NCBI RefSeq assembly: GCF_006345805.1
Contig: NC_043017.1
Location: 31,558,001-31,622,000 of the forward strand
DNA: 64,000 bases
Direction: 5' to 3'
Source: Octopus sinensis
Lineage: Eukaryota
Shown one piece after another: positions 1-12,602 of this stretch. Under the pieces are notes generated by a model, which saw only the letters and a list, made by a program, of their open reading frames with translations, ran no database searches and was not told the DNA's origin. Each line of letters begins with the position of its first letter. Positions within the stretch are counted from its first letter, which is position 1. Position numbers and translations under genes: made by a program.

Positions 1-96
1 ACCCCCACATAAAAATTGCTGGCCTTGTACCAAAATTTGAAATCAATATTACCATCAGTGGAGCATATTCAATTCATTTCCTTTTTGCCTTCGCAG

Positions 97-206
97 ATTT
101 TTAGCATCCAATACTCATGTATTGCCACTGTCTCCACACTGTGTATATGAGCATGATACAACATACCCTTCACTCAGACGGAGAATTCTTTTGATGCCAA
201 TTAAAG
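97..206 (+). CDS. Candidate internal coding exon of an unidentified host gene (FLASNTHVLPLSPHCVYEHDTTYPSLRRRILLMPIK)
   Basis: Pyrimidine tract TTTCCTTTTTGCCTTCGCAG acceptor; 110 nt with one open frame (phase 2 to phase 1); AAG|GTAATA donor; non-repetitive sequence. Protein not recognised. Confidence 0.45.
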
Positions 207-223
207 GTAATAGCATCCTTGAG

Positions 224-444
224 CCTTTCGTTACCAACCTGGTTGAAACCGGCTCTGGCTTTGAGTACAAAGTCTTGTTTTCATAATTTTTGAATTAAAA
301 TCTTCGATCAAACCTTAGTCACAATTTATGTTCCTAGCTTAGCTTAACAATGACTAAATTATTTTACTAAATTCTTTGTTATATTTAAAGTAAATGAAAG
401 AAACACAGAGCATCTCAGAATAAATACTGTAATGAAAGGGTTAA
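224..444 (+). mobile_element. piggyBac-like MITE (about 220 bp), left end degraded
   Basis: Same sequence as 11198-11418 (inverted) and 37097-37318; ends GAAAGGG-TTAA. Confidence 0.75.
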
Positions 445-557
445 ACCTTTCTCATCTTACTTTGGCAGCTATGTTCTCAGGCGAAATCCCTCCACCACTT
501 CTTAAGTCAACGAAATAACAGAGGATATCAAATTTGACCAAGTGAACAATAGATAAG

Positions 558-950
558 TGGAGTGCTGTGGAGTAAGTAGCTTGTTTTACCAACCACATGG
601 TTCCGGGTTCAGTCCCCTGCGTGGCACACCTTGGCAAGTGTCTCGACTATAGCCTCGGGCCGACAAAGCCTCTGAGTGGATTTGGTAGATGGAAACTGAA
701 AGAAGCCCCGTCGTATATATGTTTATACGTGTGTGTGGTGTGGTTTGTTTGTGTTTGTTCCCCTAGCATTGCTTGGCAACCGTGCTGGTGTTTTATTTCC
801 CCCGTCCTTAGCGGTTCGGCAAAAGAGACAATAGAATACTTACTGGGGCTTAACAAAGAATAAGTCCCGGGGTCGAGTTGCTCGATTAAAGGTGGTGCTC
901 CAGCATGGCTGCAGTCAAATGACTGAAACAAGTAAAAAAAAAAAAAACTT
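558..950 (+). mobile_element. SINE family A (tRNA-derived head, internal TG/TA tract, LINE-like tail)
   Basis: B-box GGGTTCAGTCCC; body CTTGGCAAGTGTCT...GGAAACTGAAAGAAGCC; tail GGTGCTCCAGCATGGCTGCAGTCAAATGACTGAAACAAG; about 20 copies in the window. Confidence 0.85.
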
Positions 951-1114
951 AAAAAAAGTACTAGGAGATTCTTCAAAGCAGTGCCCCAGCATGGCCACAG
1001 ACTAATCACTAAAACAAGTAAAAGATATGAGATTCCACATATCTCCACCTCCCTCTGCATCAGCCTTTCTCTTCAACATTCTACCTGTTTTTTTCAATGC
1101 CAGTACTTCGATAT

Positions 1115-1328
1115 TTTCTCTCTCTCTCCCTCCCCCTCTCTCCCTCCTCTCTCTCTCCCTGCCCGCTCTCTCCTCTCTCTCGCTGCCCGCTCTCTCCTCT
1201 CTCTCCCTGCCCGCTCTCTCCTCTCTCTCCCTGTCCGCTCTCTCCTCTCTCTCTCTCCCTCCCTCTCTCTCTCTCCCTCCCTCTCCCTGCCTGCTCTCTC
1301 CTCTCTCTCTCCCCCTCTCTCTCTCTCT
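1115..1328. repeat. CT-rich microsatellite with an embedded approx. 24-bp unit (CTCTCCCTGCCCGCTCTCTCCTCT)
   Basis: Directly visible tandem periodicity. Confidence 0.9.
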
Positions 1329-1559
1329 AATATTCTATTTTGCAAGAAGGGCAACAATCAGAGACGTTACCTCATTTCATCTCGTGGCTATTAAACACAT
1401 TTAATTTTTCCAAACTCTCCTTTGCCTCAAAGCTATCATCATCAGATCACACCAAACACTTAACAATATCAACCAATGCTTGACTGAACCATAACCACAC
1501 CAAACCATCCTACTTATCTTTTACTAAGTCTCACCATCAAGGTAATGAGATTGTATTCA

Positions 1560-1583
1560 GTTCTTCTTCTGCTTCTTCTTCTT

Positions 1584-1633
<50 letters not shown>

Positions 1634-1671
1634 GCTGCTGCTACTACTACTACTTCTTCTACCTTCTTCTT

Positions 1672-1706
<35 letters not shown>

Positions 1707-1782
1707 TCTACCTTCTTCTTCTATTTTCTACTACTACTACTACTACTACTATTATTACTACTACTTCTTCTTCTTCTATCTT

Positions 1783-1817
<35 letters not shown>

Positions 1818-2092
1818 TCTTCTATCTTCTTCTACTACTACTACTACTTCTTCCCCTCCTCCTTCTTCATCTACTCCTCCTTCTTCATCTTCTCCTTCTT
1901 CATCTACTCCTCCTTCTTCACCTTCTCCTTCTTCATCTACTGCTCCTCCTTCTTCATCTTCTCCTTCTTCATCTACTGCTCCTCCTTCTTCATCTTCTTC
2001 TCCTCCTTCTTCATCTTCTTCTCCTCCTTCATCTTCTTCTTCTTCTTCTCCTCCTTCTCCCCCCCTCCTCCCCTCCTCCTCCTCCTCCTCCT
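1560..2092. repeat. Compound (CTA)n/(CTT)n/(CTC)n trinucleotide repeat
   Basis: Directly visible; produces the poly-L/poly-E spurious ORFs. Confidence 0.95.
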
Positions 2093-2149
2093 CACTAACT
2101 TCAAAATAGAAACAGACACGTAATTTAACCGGACAAACGAAATGCTTAT

Positions 2150-2414
2150 ACGTAAACATATACACGCATATACACACTCATGCACGCATATGCGTACACA
2201 TACACTCACACACACACACACTCACACACACACACATATAGATATATGCATGCATATATATGTGCGTGTGTGTGTGTGCATATATATGCGTGTACATGGA
2301 TGTATGTAAATACATGTGTGTGTATGTATGTATTATATGTATAGATACGTATGCATGTTTATATATGTATATATTTATAAAATATTATAGAGACATTATA
2401 TATATATATATATA

Positions 2415-2447
<33 letters not shown>

Positions 2448-3191
2448 TATTATATATATATATAATACAAATAAAATATATATTTATGTATGTATATAAT
2501 TATGATTATTTGACATTTCAAATGTTATTAGAAACTAAAGTTTTAGAAATAAGATTAAAAAAAGAAAAAAGAGAAATTTTGCAACATATTTTCGAATAGA
2601 ATTCAGTACAATATTTGCACTGAAGAAAACTTTTCCAAGCATTTTCTAAGTTGAATTGTTTACACTGAATTGCAAAGAAAATTCAGTTCTTTTCATTCTT
2701 TATAAGGAGGCGATAAATAAAATTAATGCAAATGGAAGTAATTTTAGAACATATAACATCTCATATATATATATATATATATATAGATAGACAGATAGAT
2801 GGATAGATAGATAGATAGATATAGATATACATATGTATATATACATATATATTTATATATATATATATATATATGTATATATAACATAGATAGATAGATA
2901 TAGATATACATATGTATATATACACTATATTTATTATATAATATAATAGATAGATAGATAGGCAGATAGATAGGTAAATAGATAGATAGATATACATATA
3001 GATATATATATATGTATATATACAATATATATATGAGAGAGAGAGAGGGAGAAGATAGATAGATAGATATATAGATAGATAGATATGGATAGTCAGATAG
3101 ATAGATATATACATATATTTATATATTTAATTATGTATGTATATATGTGTATATATATATATATATTATATATATATATATATTATATATA

Positions 3192-3231
<40 letters not shown>

Positions 3232-3300
3232 ATATATATATATATATACATTTATTTAATTATTTATTGATTTATTTATGTATATATGTGTAAGTATGAA
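2150..3300. repeat. (CA)n/(TA)n/(TAGA)n low-complexity tracts interrupted by a short AT-rich block (about 2500-2750)
   Basis: Directly visible. Confidence 0.85.
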
Positions 3301-3894
3301 TATTGGCAATAAAAGAAATCTGCTGTTTATTGAATAGGTAAAAGCAGAACTATAAATAATAATCTTGCTAACCACAAGAATAAAAGAAATTTCTGTCGAT
3401 GGCAAATATATAAGCAACTTATAACGATGTTATTAAGAAATGTTTTAATGTCATTTCGTCAGCTCATGGAAACATATGTGCTTCATTTTCTTTATTAATT
3501 TCATTTATATTAAATTCATATGAGTATAATTAATTAACTGTCAAAGATAATTACGAAGTGGATTATTACAAGTAAGACAAGAATTGCACCTGTGTATGGA
3601 AGTAGAATGATGTTTACCGTATTCTTCAAGATGATTATATATTTATTGCAAATTAATTGGTTGCTACAGAATATAATACGCAAATTCTTCTTCCTTAATA
3701 AAACCCAATACAATAGTTCTTATCCGATTGCCTTGCCTCTCTTACAGTGCTTCAAGGAAATTAAGCCAAATAGATTTTTAATTGCATTCTTCAAATAAAC
3801 ACCTGAAAATTTTATGATGGTCTGGTGCATTGCTCCAATTATTGTCAGGTCATGGTAACACGAAGGGAGTTTTTTAGAAGTTGTTTTTATAGCT

Positions 3895-4100
3895 TTATAC
3901 TCTCTCACTCTTTTTACTCTTTTACTCGTTTCAGTCATTTCACTGTGGCCATGCTAGAGCATCACCTTTAGTCGAGCACAGTAAGCCTAGTACTTATTCT
4001 ATCGGTCCCTTTTGCCGAACCTCTAAGTTACGGGGACGTAAACACACCAGCATCGGTTGTCAAGCGATGTTGGGGGGACAAACACAGATACACACATACA
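3895..4100 (-). mobile_element. SINE A, 3' half
   Basis: Reverse complement of the family A tail and second body segment. Confidence 0.8.
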
Positions 4101-4117
4101 TGTATATATTAAATATT

Positions 4118-4157
<40 letters not shown>

Positions 4158-4654
4158 TATATATAGATGAGTGTATTTTTACCTTGTTACAATTTAACAC
4201 GGAAAAAATAATAACTAGTTACCAGGCAGCAAAAATCTCAACAATTTCTTATATTTAACATTCACTATTAATATCCCTACTCTTTTCTGTTAGCTACTTA
4301 TGACGTTATATCATATAACGTTTTTTTAAACAATATAATAGCGTTCTGTCTATCGCTATGCAATCCAATCCATCATTTTTGCTAAAATGTCTTATGACGA
4401 GTTTCTTTTTTTCACTTTCCTGAGGAGAAGATTGCATGTTTATAACCATTTATTCTTTTGAATAGTATCAGTGGAATTTTCGAACATGTGTCGAAAGAAA
4501 AAAATATTTGATTACACCTGCGTTAACTCCATTTTTTTTTTTATTCATATATATATACATATGATTGATTGATTGATTGATTGATTCTAGTTTCAGCTTA
4601 TGAGCTGTGGCCATGCTGGGGCACCGCCATTTGGTGTTGCTACTTGGTTTCACT

Positions 4655-7600
4655 TCATGGAGGCCTTCTAGCAACTGCTATTTGGTGCATGAGAGAGTTC
4701 GATGCAGCTGCCCTCATCTGCCTCTCCTGCCGTGAAGTTGGTTTATCTGGGACACCTGACAGGAAGAGATCCAGCTTCATTTTAAAGACATCTGTATCCA
4801 CCCAATGCAGGTCTCTCAGGTTCTTCGGGAGGATATTGAAGAGCTGTGGGCCTCGGAAGCCCAGGCTATCACAGAATCTTGTCCTACATCTTGATGGCAG
4901 GTTTGGAGTCCTAGGCACCACGCAGTGGCGCCCAGTTCTGGCATTTGCGTAACTCTCGATGCCAAAGTTCAGGACACTTCCCTCCAGGATCTTCCAGATG
5001 TATATTATGGCATATCTTTCCGCCTACGCTCCAGGAATAATAATTTTAATCTCTTGAGTCTTTCCCAGTAGCTTACATTCTGCATAGAGGCTATCTTCTT
5101 TGTGTAGCTTCGTTGGATCGCCTCAAGTTCTGTGATCAACTTGACACTGGATGGTGACCATAGCTGAGAGCAATAGTCAAAGTGGCTTAGGACAAGTGTC
5201 TTCCAGAGGACCATCATGGTTTCTTGTTCTCTTGTTCTAAAGGTTCTAAGAATCCAGCCAGCCAGCCGTCTACATTTCATTGTCAGTTTAGCACATGTAC
5301 ATGAAAGGTCGCGTCATCACTCATGTGAATACCCAGGTCACGCACTGATTGTGCCTCTGGGATTGCAATCCCTCCGGTCCAGTGTATTCATTGGGTATTG
5401 CATTCAGTTTTGCATGCTGATAGTATAAAGCTTGAAACTTTCCAGCATTGAACTGCATGCTATTCTTTGTATATTTCGTCCAGCTCACATTGCAGGTGTT
5501 TAGTGTCCTCAGGGTTCTGTATTGCCTGTGAAACTTTTGTATCATCTGCATAACTTGTGATCGTGGCTCTCTGCGTGGCTGAGGGCATGTCTGAGAGGGC
5601 CATTATGAACAGTAGTGGTCCCAGAACAGTGCCCTGCGGAACACCGCTCACTATTTGTGTGTTAATGGAGGTGGCCCCATTGGCTACTACCACCTGACTT
5701 CTATCCTTCAGAAAGTCATGAAGCCATTCTCCCAGTTTTCCAACTATGTTGAGATCACGCAGTTTGTGACATATCATTCCATGATCGACTTTATCAAAGG
5801 CCTTTGCAAAGTCGAGATATATCACTTCCACATTTGAGTGGTTGAGCAGCCGTTTCACAGCACCCAGTCATAGTGTTGTAGGAGCTGAGTTAAACAGCTT
5901 CTCCCTGGTCGGAAACCATGTTGGTGTCGGGCAGCAAGTCATTCTCTTCAAGGAAGGTGATCAGCTTCCTTCTGACTATTCGTTCCATGACCTTGCTGAT
6001 GTGTGAGGTCAGAGAGATAGGTCTATAGTTCTTGGCTTCCGCTCTGCTACCTCCTTTATGAATGGGGCATATTTTACCTTCCTTCAGTTTTCCTGGAAGT
6101 TTGCCAGCTGCAAGGAAGCTCTGAAAGAGGAACTGCAGTGGTCTTGCTAGGACTCTTACATGCTTTTAGGTGGATTGCCGGGAATCCATCGGGGCCAGTA
6201 GCTGAGTCTGTTTTCATTTCATCTATAGCCTTGGTTACATCGTCTTCCTTTATATCGATGTAATCTATCGTCGCCGCCTCTGATTTTATATCTGCAGTGG
6301 TAAAAAAGTCAGTTGGATTGGTGATTTGGAGATGCCCAGGGGTGGAGTGAAAACACTCTTGAATTGCTCATTCAGTATTTCACTTACCCTCATTGGTTTT
6401 CCTGTGAGTTGCCATCCTTTTCGAGGAGTGGCCCTATTCTACAGTGCACTGTAGCTGTTTCTTTGGCATACCTGTAGAAAGCTCTGGGGTTAGATTTTAT
6501 GTTTTCTATAGCCCAGGCTTCTTTGTCTGCTCTTTCTTTTTCATGGGAGAGTTGCAGATATTTTTCGATTTCCAACAGTTTTATTTTTAGGCGGGACTTT
6601 TCACTGCTTTCAATCTGTTTGTTTAGGCGATTTGAAAATTTCGTACGCCGTCTCATTAAAATTTTCCTCTCTCTGGGGATTTTGTTCTTGTGTACAGTGG
6701 CCTTTCTCTCTGGGACACATTTGTAGCATATGGCTTGCATTACAGACATGAATTGTTGAAGTTTCACGTCGATGTCTGGCGAGGAGAGACATTTAGGCCA
6801 GTTTTGTTTGAGGATCTCTTTCTCAATTTGTTTCCAGTTTGCCTTATGGTAGTTCAAGCTGGAAAGATTTTGAGGGTTTCTTGTAGGCTGCATGTCCGTG
6901 CTCTCTTTTGGCCCGTACATGGTCAGCTCTATCATGTTGTGATCCGAGAGTAGTGTCGGTGTCACTTTCACATTATGGATGAGATCCATGTCATTTGTGA
7001 AGCAGAGATCCAGTGTGTTACCTGCCCTGGTTGGTTGGAGTATTACCTGCTCCATGTACAGGTGTTGATGAGGTTCAGGAGGGACCTCGCCTGTCCTCGT
7101 TCACATCTTGTCATTCCTGGGAGAGAAAGGCCCTCGGGCCATCTGACATTGGGCAGATTGAAGTCTCCCATAAGAAGCACACCTATGTGTTGTTCTAATG
7201 TGGTTAGAATTTCTTCTATTTTTATAAGGCAGTCTTCAAACTTGCCCACATGGCTTGGGGCATCTGGAGGGCGATATGTAGCACACACAACTACATCAAG
7301 TTGCCTAATATGTACAATTAGTGTGTCACACACCGAGTATGACAAGAGGACCTGGGGTGTGAGGTCCTCACGGATGTACATAGCAACACCTCCATGACTC
7401 CTTTCTTTCCTGTCGGTCCGTAGTACAGCATACTGTGGTATGTGTAAATCCGCATCTGCTATGTCCGGTTTCAGGTGCGTTTCTGTAAGTGCTATGCATA
7501 AGGCTTGATTGCATGCAACAAAGTCTCTCAGGAACGGGATCTTTGTCCTGTTACTGAGTGTTTGCAGTCCTCTGATGTTCAGTAGAGTATCGAGGTGAGG

Positions 7601-7735
7601 TGTACGTTGTTGCCGGCGGTGTTCCATCCTGTGTCTGTTTGCTGTGGTGGTCTGGTATATAGTGGGTAGTCCCACCTGCGAGCTTGGGTTTGATGAAGCC
7701 AGGTCAGCTGCTGTACAATCTTTTGTGCCATGCAC
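4655..7735 (-). pseudogene. LINE ORF2 (apurinic-type endonuclease + reverse transcriptase), split over several frames
   Basis: APE: LLNIRGL, LTETHL, HGGVAMY, YRPP, MGDFN, QPTRAGNTLDLCF, SDHN. RT: YLDFAKAFDKVDH, SGVPQGTVLGPLLF, YADDTK. C-terminal: DYCSQLWSP, LEAIQRSYTK, SYWERL, GPQLFNILP. Confidence 0.95.
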
Positions 7736-8495
7736 AAAAAAGATTGTTGCTCAGCAGCTGCTCTTTCGACAACATCATGTTGGCTGTTTGTGGCGCGCAC
7801 AACGTCTGCGTACCTCCGCTTTGGGGCAGGTGGTGCGTGGTCCATCCCTTTTCTTTGTGTTGATGGTTTGTCCATCTGCCTCGTGTCTCTGTGGCAGGGT
7901 CCCCGATGTGCAAAGCGGCAGCCTGCACCTTCCTTTCCATGCCAGCAGGAACCTCTCAGGTAGAACATACACACCCGTGTGCGCTGTTTGGTTCCATCCT
8001 TTGCGGTCCACTTCTATTCCTGGTTGTTTCACTCTTTGGTCCTGCTTGAGCTTTTTCTTTTCCTTTAGCTCTTCCAGTCCTTCTTTTAGTTCTTCTTCTT
8101 CTTCCTCCCTCTACCTCTTCACCGGGTTCTCCGTCTCCATGGCCCTTGCTGCCGGTTGGAGAACTTGCACCTGGCTTCACTTCCCGGGCAGATTTCTCAT
8201 TCAAAACCTCCTCCCGGGCGTCCACCAGGTGGGGGTGACTTCTTTCATCGTCTCCATTCTTGCCATCTTTGCCCCGCTCGTTCTCAAAGATGGCATCAAG
8301 TGCGCCAATGTGCGACCGTACAAGCGCATATGAGCGCACGAATTCCCGTCTCTTTCGCTCCATCTGAGCCGCTGTCCTCTTGTAGCCTCTGCTCTTCAGC
8401 GCAGCCGCAATCACCTCGCTAGGGCTATCTCCGCCGGCGCACTCCCATGCTTGTACGAATAAATCCAGCTCGTCAGGTCTCCATGCTCTGGACAT
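7579..8495 (-). pseudogene. LINE ORF1 with N-terminal Myb/SANT(trihelix)-like domain and CCCH zinc finger, frameshifted
   Basis: MSRAWRPDELDLFVQAW...IAAALKSRGYKRTAAQMERKR matches the W-x3-E...W...GY-x-RT-xx-Q pattern; CMFYLRGSCWHGKEGAGCRFAH is C-x7-C-x8-C-x3-H; lies directly upstream of APE. Confidence 0.7.
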
Positions 8496-8544
8496 GCTGG
8501 ATAATCCGTCTATCCGTTTATCTATCTAATTATGTTGAGAGAAG

Positions 8545-9945
8545 ACAGGAAGATATTAAGGCTAATTAGAAGATAGAGTACTTGAAAAAGAAATATTGAC
8601 AATATTAAAGTTTGTGTAAAAACGTTATTTGGGTAAAAACGTTATTTAATCTTAAGGCTAATTAGGGGATAGAGTATCTGAAAATGCATTAGCAATATTA
8701 ATATTATATTAGAGTGTGGATAAAAACGTTGTTTAATCTTAAGGCTAATTAGGAGATAGAGTATCTGAAAATATATTAGCAATGTTAATATTATATTAGA
8801 GTGTGGGTAATATTAAACGTTATTTAATTTAATCTTAAGGCTAATTAGAAGACAGAGTATCTGAAAAATTATATATACAATATTAAGCAATATTAACCGT
8901 TATTTAATTTAATCTTAAGGCTAATTAGACGTTATTATATTAAACGTTATTTAATTTAATCTTAAGGCTAATTAGAAGATAGAGTATCTGAAAATATATT
9001 AGCAATATTAATATTATATTAGAGTGTGGATAAAAACGTTATTTAATCTTAAGGCTAATTAGGAGATAGAGTATCTGAAAATATATTAGCAATGTTAATA
9101 TTATATTAGAGTGTGGGTAATATTAAACGTTATTTAATTTAATCTTAAGGCTAATTAGAAGATAGAGTATCTGAAGAATTATTAACAATATTAAACAATA
9201 TTAAACGTTATTTAATTTAATCTTAAGGCTAATTAACAATAATTATTAACAATATTAAACAATATTAAACGTTATTTAATTTAATCCTAAGGCTAATTAA
9301 CAATAATTATTAACAATATTAAACAATATTAAACGTTATTTAATTTAATCTTAAGGCTAATTAACAGTAATTATTAACAATATTAAACAATATTAAACGT
9401 TATTTAATTTAATCCTAAGGCTAATTAACAATAATTATTAACAATATTAAACAATATTAAACGTTATTTAATTTAATCCTAAGGCTAATTAGACGTTATT
9501 AATATTAAACGTTATTTAATTTAATCTTAAGGCTAATTAGAAGATAGAGTATCTGAAAAATTATTAACAATATTAAAACAATATTAAACGTTATTTAATT
9601 TAATCTTAAGGCTAATTAACAATAATTATTAACAATATTAAACAATATTAAACGTTATTTAATTTAATCCTAAGGCTAATTAACAATAATTATTAACAAT
9701 ATTAAACAATATTAAACGTTATTTAATTTAATCTTAAGGCTAATTAACAATAATTATTAACAATATTAAACAATATTAAACGTTATTTAATTTAATCCTA
9801 AGGCTAATTAACAATAATTATTAACAATATTAAACAATATTAAACGTTATTTAATTTAATCCTAAGGCTAATTTGACGGTATCAATATTAAACGTTATTT
9901 AATTTAATCTTAAGGCTAATTAGAAGATAGAGTATCTGGAAAATT
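8545..9945. repeat. AT-rich tandem array (core AACGTTATTTAA[TTTAA]TCYTAAGGCTAATTA, about 20 copies) with higher-order periods of 310 and 383 bp; probable LINE 5' UTR
   Basis: TAAGGCTAATT recurs at 8653/8963, 8740/9050, 8836/9146 (310 bp) and 9224/9607, 9480/9863 (383 bp); 64-bp monomers in the distal part. Confidence 0.9.
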
Positions 9946-10202
9946 ATTATATCGAGAACAGATATTGAAAATGTAAACAAACAAAATGACGATCGCAACT
10001 TTAACTAAGATGTGGGCCTAAGTGAAAGATAAAATAGAATAATAAATAAAATATGAAATAGATGAAATTGATACTTAATCCAACAATGTGGTCTGGATTA
10101 TTATTTTTTTTTTTTTGGTTTACGGGATTTTTTTCAGGAGAGATGCTCCTATTTTCTTTCTTGCAGGAGATAACTTGATTCAGTTATTTTTGCACCATAA
10201 AA

Positions 10203-10412
10203 TTAATCCAAACATGAAAACACAAAGTGAAAACACAGCAACGCGAGGATGTGGAACAAATATAGTGTTATTGGACGCTCAGGAAGGTAGGGTAGAAGGA
10301 GGGTTTAACGTTTCGAGCGGAGCTCTTCGTCAGAAACATAGGAAAAGGAAAGATCCAGAGAAGGGAAGACGGAGGAAAAAAAATCGCCAACAGTATACAC
10401 GCGGTCACATTT
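10203..10412 (-). mobile_element. Penelope-like pLTR fragment (family P1) with a minimal hammerhead
   Basis: Copies at 42420-42685 (+) and 43522-43710 (-); abuts (TA)n; contains a CTGACGA...GAAA core. Confidence 0.6.
10303..10337 (-). ncRNA. Minimal type I hammerhead ribozyme motif
   Basis: - strand reads GTTT CTGACGA A GAGC TCC GCTC GAAA CG TT AAAC: stem I GTTT/AAAC, stem II GAGC/GCTC, palindromic AACGTT in place of stem III. Confidence 0.6.
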
Positions 10413-10447
10413 TGAATATATATATATATATATGTATATATATACTC

Positions 10448-10868
10448 CCTTTTACTCATTTACTTACTTCAGTCATTTGACGGTGGCCACACTGGAGCAC
10501 TGCCCTTAGTCGAACAAATCAACGCCAGGACTTATTCTTTGTAAGCCTAGTGCTTATTCTATCAGTCTCTTTTGCCAAACCGCTAAGTTACAGGGACTTA
10601 AACACACCAGCATCGGTTGTCAAGTGATGTTGGGGGCGACAAACACAGACACACTAACAAACACACACACACACACATACACATATGTAAATATACATAT
10701 TTACGACGGGCTTCTTTCAGTTTCCGTCTACCAAATCCACTCACAAGGCTTTGATCGGCGTGAGGCTATAGTAGAAGACCCTTGCACAAGGTTCCACGCA
10801 GTGGGACTGAACCCAGAACTATGTGGTTGGTAAGCAAGCTACTTACCACACAGCCACTCCTACGCCTA
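10448..10868 (-). mobile_element. SINE A, full length
   Basis: Head, internal CA/TA tract and tail all present. Confidence 0.9.
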
Positions 10869-11197
10869 TGCCAGATTTTATTGCACAATATATTCCAGTT
10901 GTAACCATACCATCTCATTTTAACTGCTACATGGTTCAGTGTAATTTTGGGGTTCTTTTTTTTTTTATCCCAGCAGTGTTATTTGAGTAATATTTAGCTG
11001 CTGTTTCTAGAAATGTAGTCTTTCATTTTGATCTCGGTGAATAAAGGAATAAATGATGTATAATGATAGAGAGTGATAATTTTGTTTAGCAAGATGCTGT
11101 GTGGCCTTGTCTCTAACCCCCAAGACAGTGATAGCTAAGAAAGGAATGTTGAAGTTGGATTAATGAGGTTAATTTCTGTGTTAAGATAGATTATTAA

Positions 11198-11418
11198 CCC
11201 TTTTGTTACTGTATTTATTTTGAGATGCTCTGAGTTTCTTTCAATTACTTTAAATATAACAAAGAATTTAGTAAAATAACTTAGTCATCATTAAGCTAGT
11301 GTTAGGAACATAAATTATGACTAAGGTTTGATGGAAGATTTTAATTCAGAACTTATGAAAACAAGACATTTGTACTGCAGAGCCAGAGCCGGTTTCAGCC
11401 AGGTTGGTATTGAAAGGG
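11198..11418 (-). mobile_element. piggyBac-like MITE with TTAA target duplication
   Basis: TTAA|CCCTTT...AAAGGG|TTAA (TTAA at 11194-97 and 11419-22); imperfect approx. 12-bp TIR. Confidence 0.85.
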
Positions 11419-11545
11419 TTAAGGATGTAAAAGAGATATGAATGGTAACAATATGATGCTTCCCCTTTTCGTATTTGTCCTACACAAAAAACATATTGTG
11501 TTTGGTATCGTAATATATCCCTCAGTTATTGTGCTTCTGAGACTA

Positions 11546-11599
11546 AAATGATGTGCTCAGCAGGTTCTATGGTAGTGGTACTTACACACACACACATGC

Positions 11600-11631
<32 letters not shown>

Positions 11632-11960
11632 TCATATATATGTATAACATAAAAGACTTTCTCACCTTCCTTTAAAATGATGTGCTCAGCAGGTTCTATG
11701 GTAGTGTTATTTACACACACACACACACATGCACGCACACACACACACAAACACACAAACACACACACACACTCATATATATATAACATAAAAGACTTTC
11801 TCACTTTCCTTTAAAATGATGTGCTCAGCAGGTTCTATGGTAGAGTTACTTACACACACACACACACATGCACGCACACACACACACATGCACACACACA
11901 CACACACACACACACACACCACTCATATATATATATAACATAAAAGACTTTCTCACCTTC
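11546..11960. repeat. Three tandem approx. 130-bp units, each containing a (CA)n tract
   Basis: AAAATGATGTGCTCAGCAGGTTCTATGGTAG at about 11546, 11675 and 11813; each unit ends ACATAAAAGACTTTCTCAC. Confidence 0.9.
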
Positions 11961-12164
11961 CCGATCGTCAAACTAATACACCTGCTTGTTGTTTGTACAC
12001 CTGTCTTCGTCTTGCGTTTTTCTGTAAATTTCAACTATACACACATATAAACGTATATGTATATGTTTGTGTGTGCATGTGTGTGAACATATATATGTGT
12101 GTGCATGTGTGTGTGTGTGTACATATATATATATATATATATACATATCCTTTCATTTCATAAA

Positions 12165-12602
<438 letters not shown>

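Larger units (their letters stand above)
4562..10010 (-). mobile_element. Near-full-length non-LTR retrotransposon (CR1/L2 group LINE), inactivated by frameshifts
   Basis: APE and RT motifs in order, upstream ORF1, (AATC)n 3' tail at 4562-4586. The 5' boundary (about 10010, AGTTGCGATCG on the - strand) is inferred; no TSD seen. Confidence 0.85.

Noticed and set aside
981-2221. Long ORFs (poly-L, poly-E, RE repeats)
   Set aside because: Translations of CT/CTA/CTT microsatellites.
7644-8333. 229-aa + strand ORF
   Set aside because: Antisense shadow of the GC-rich LINE ORF1; no recognisable domain.
8545-9945. CRISPR-like repeat/spacer pattern next to an RT
   Set aside because: The intervening segments are themselves repeated and related. 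It is a tandem array, and the RT is a LINE ORF2.
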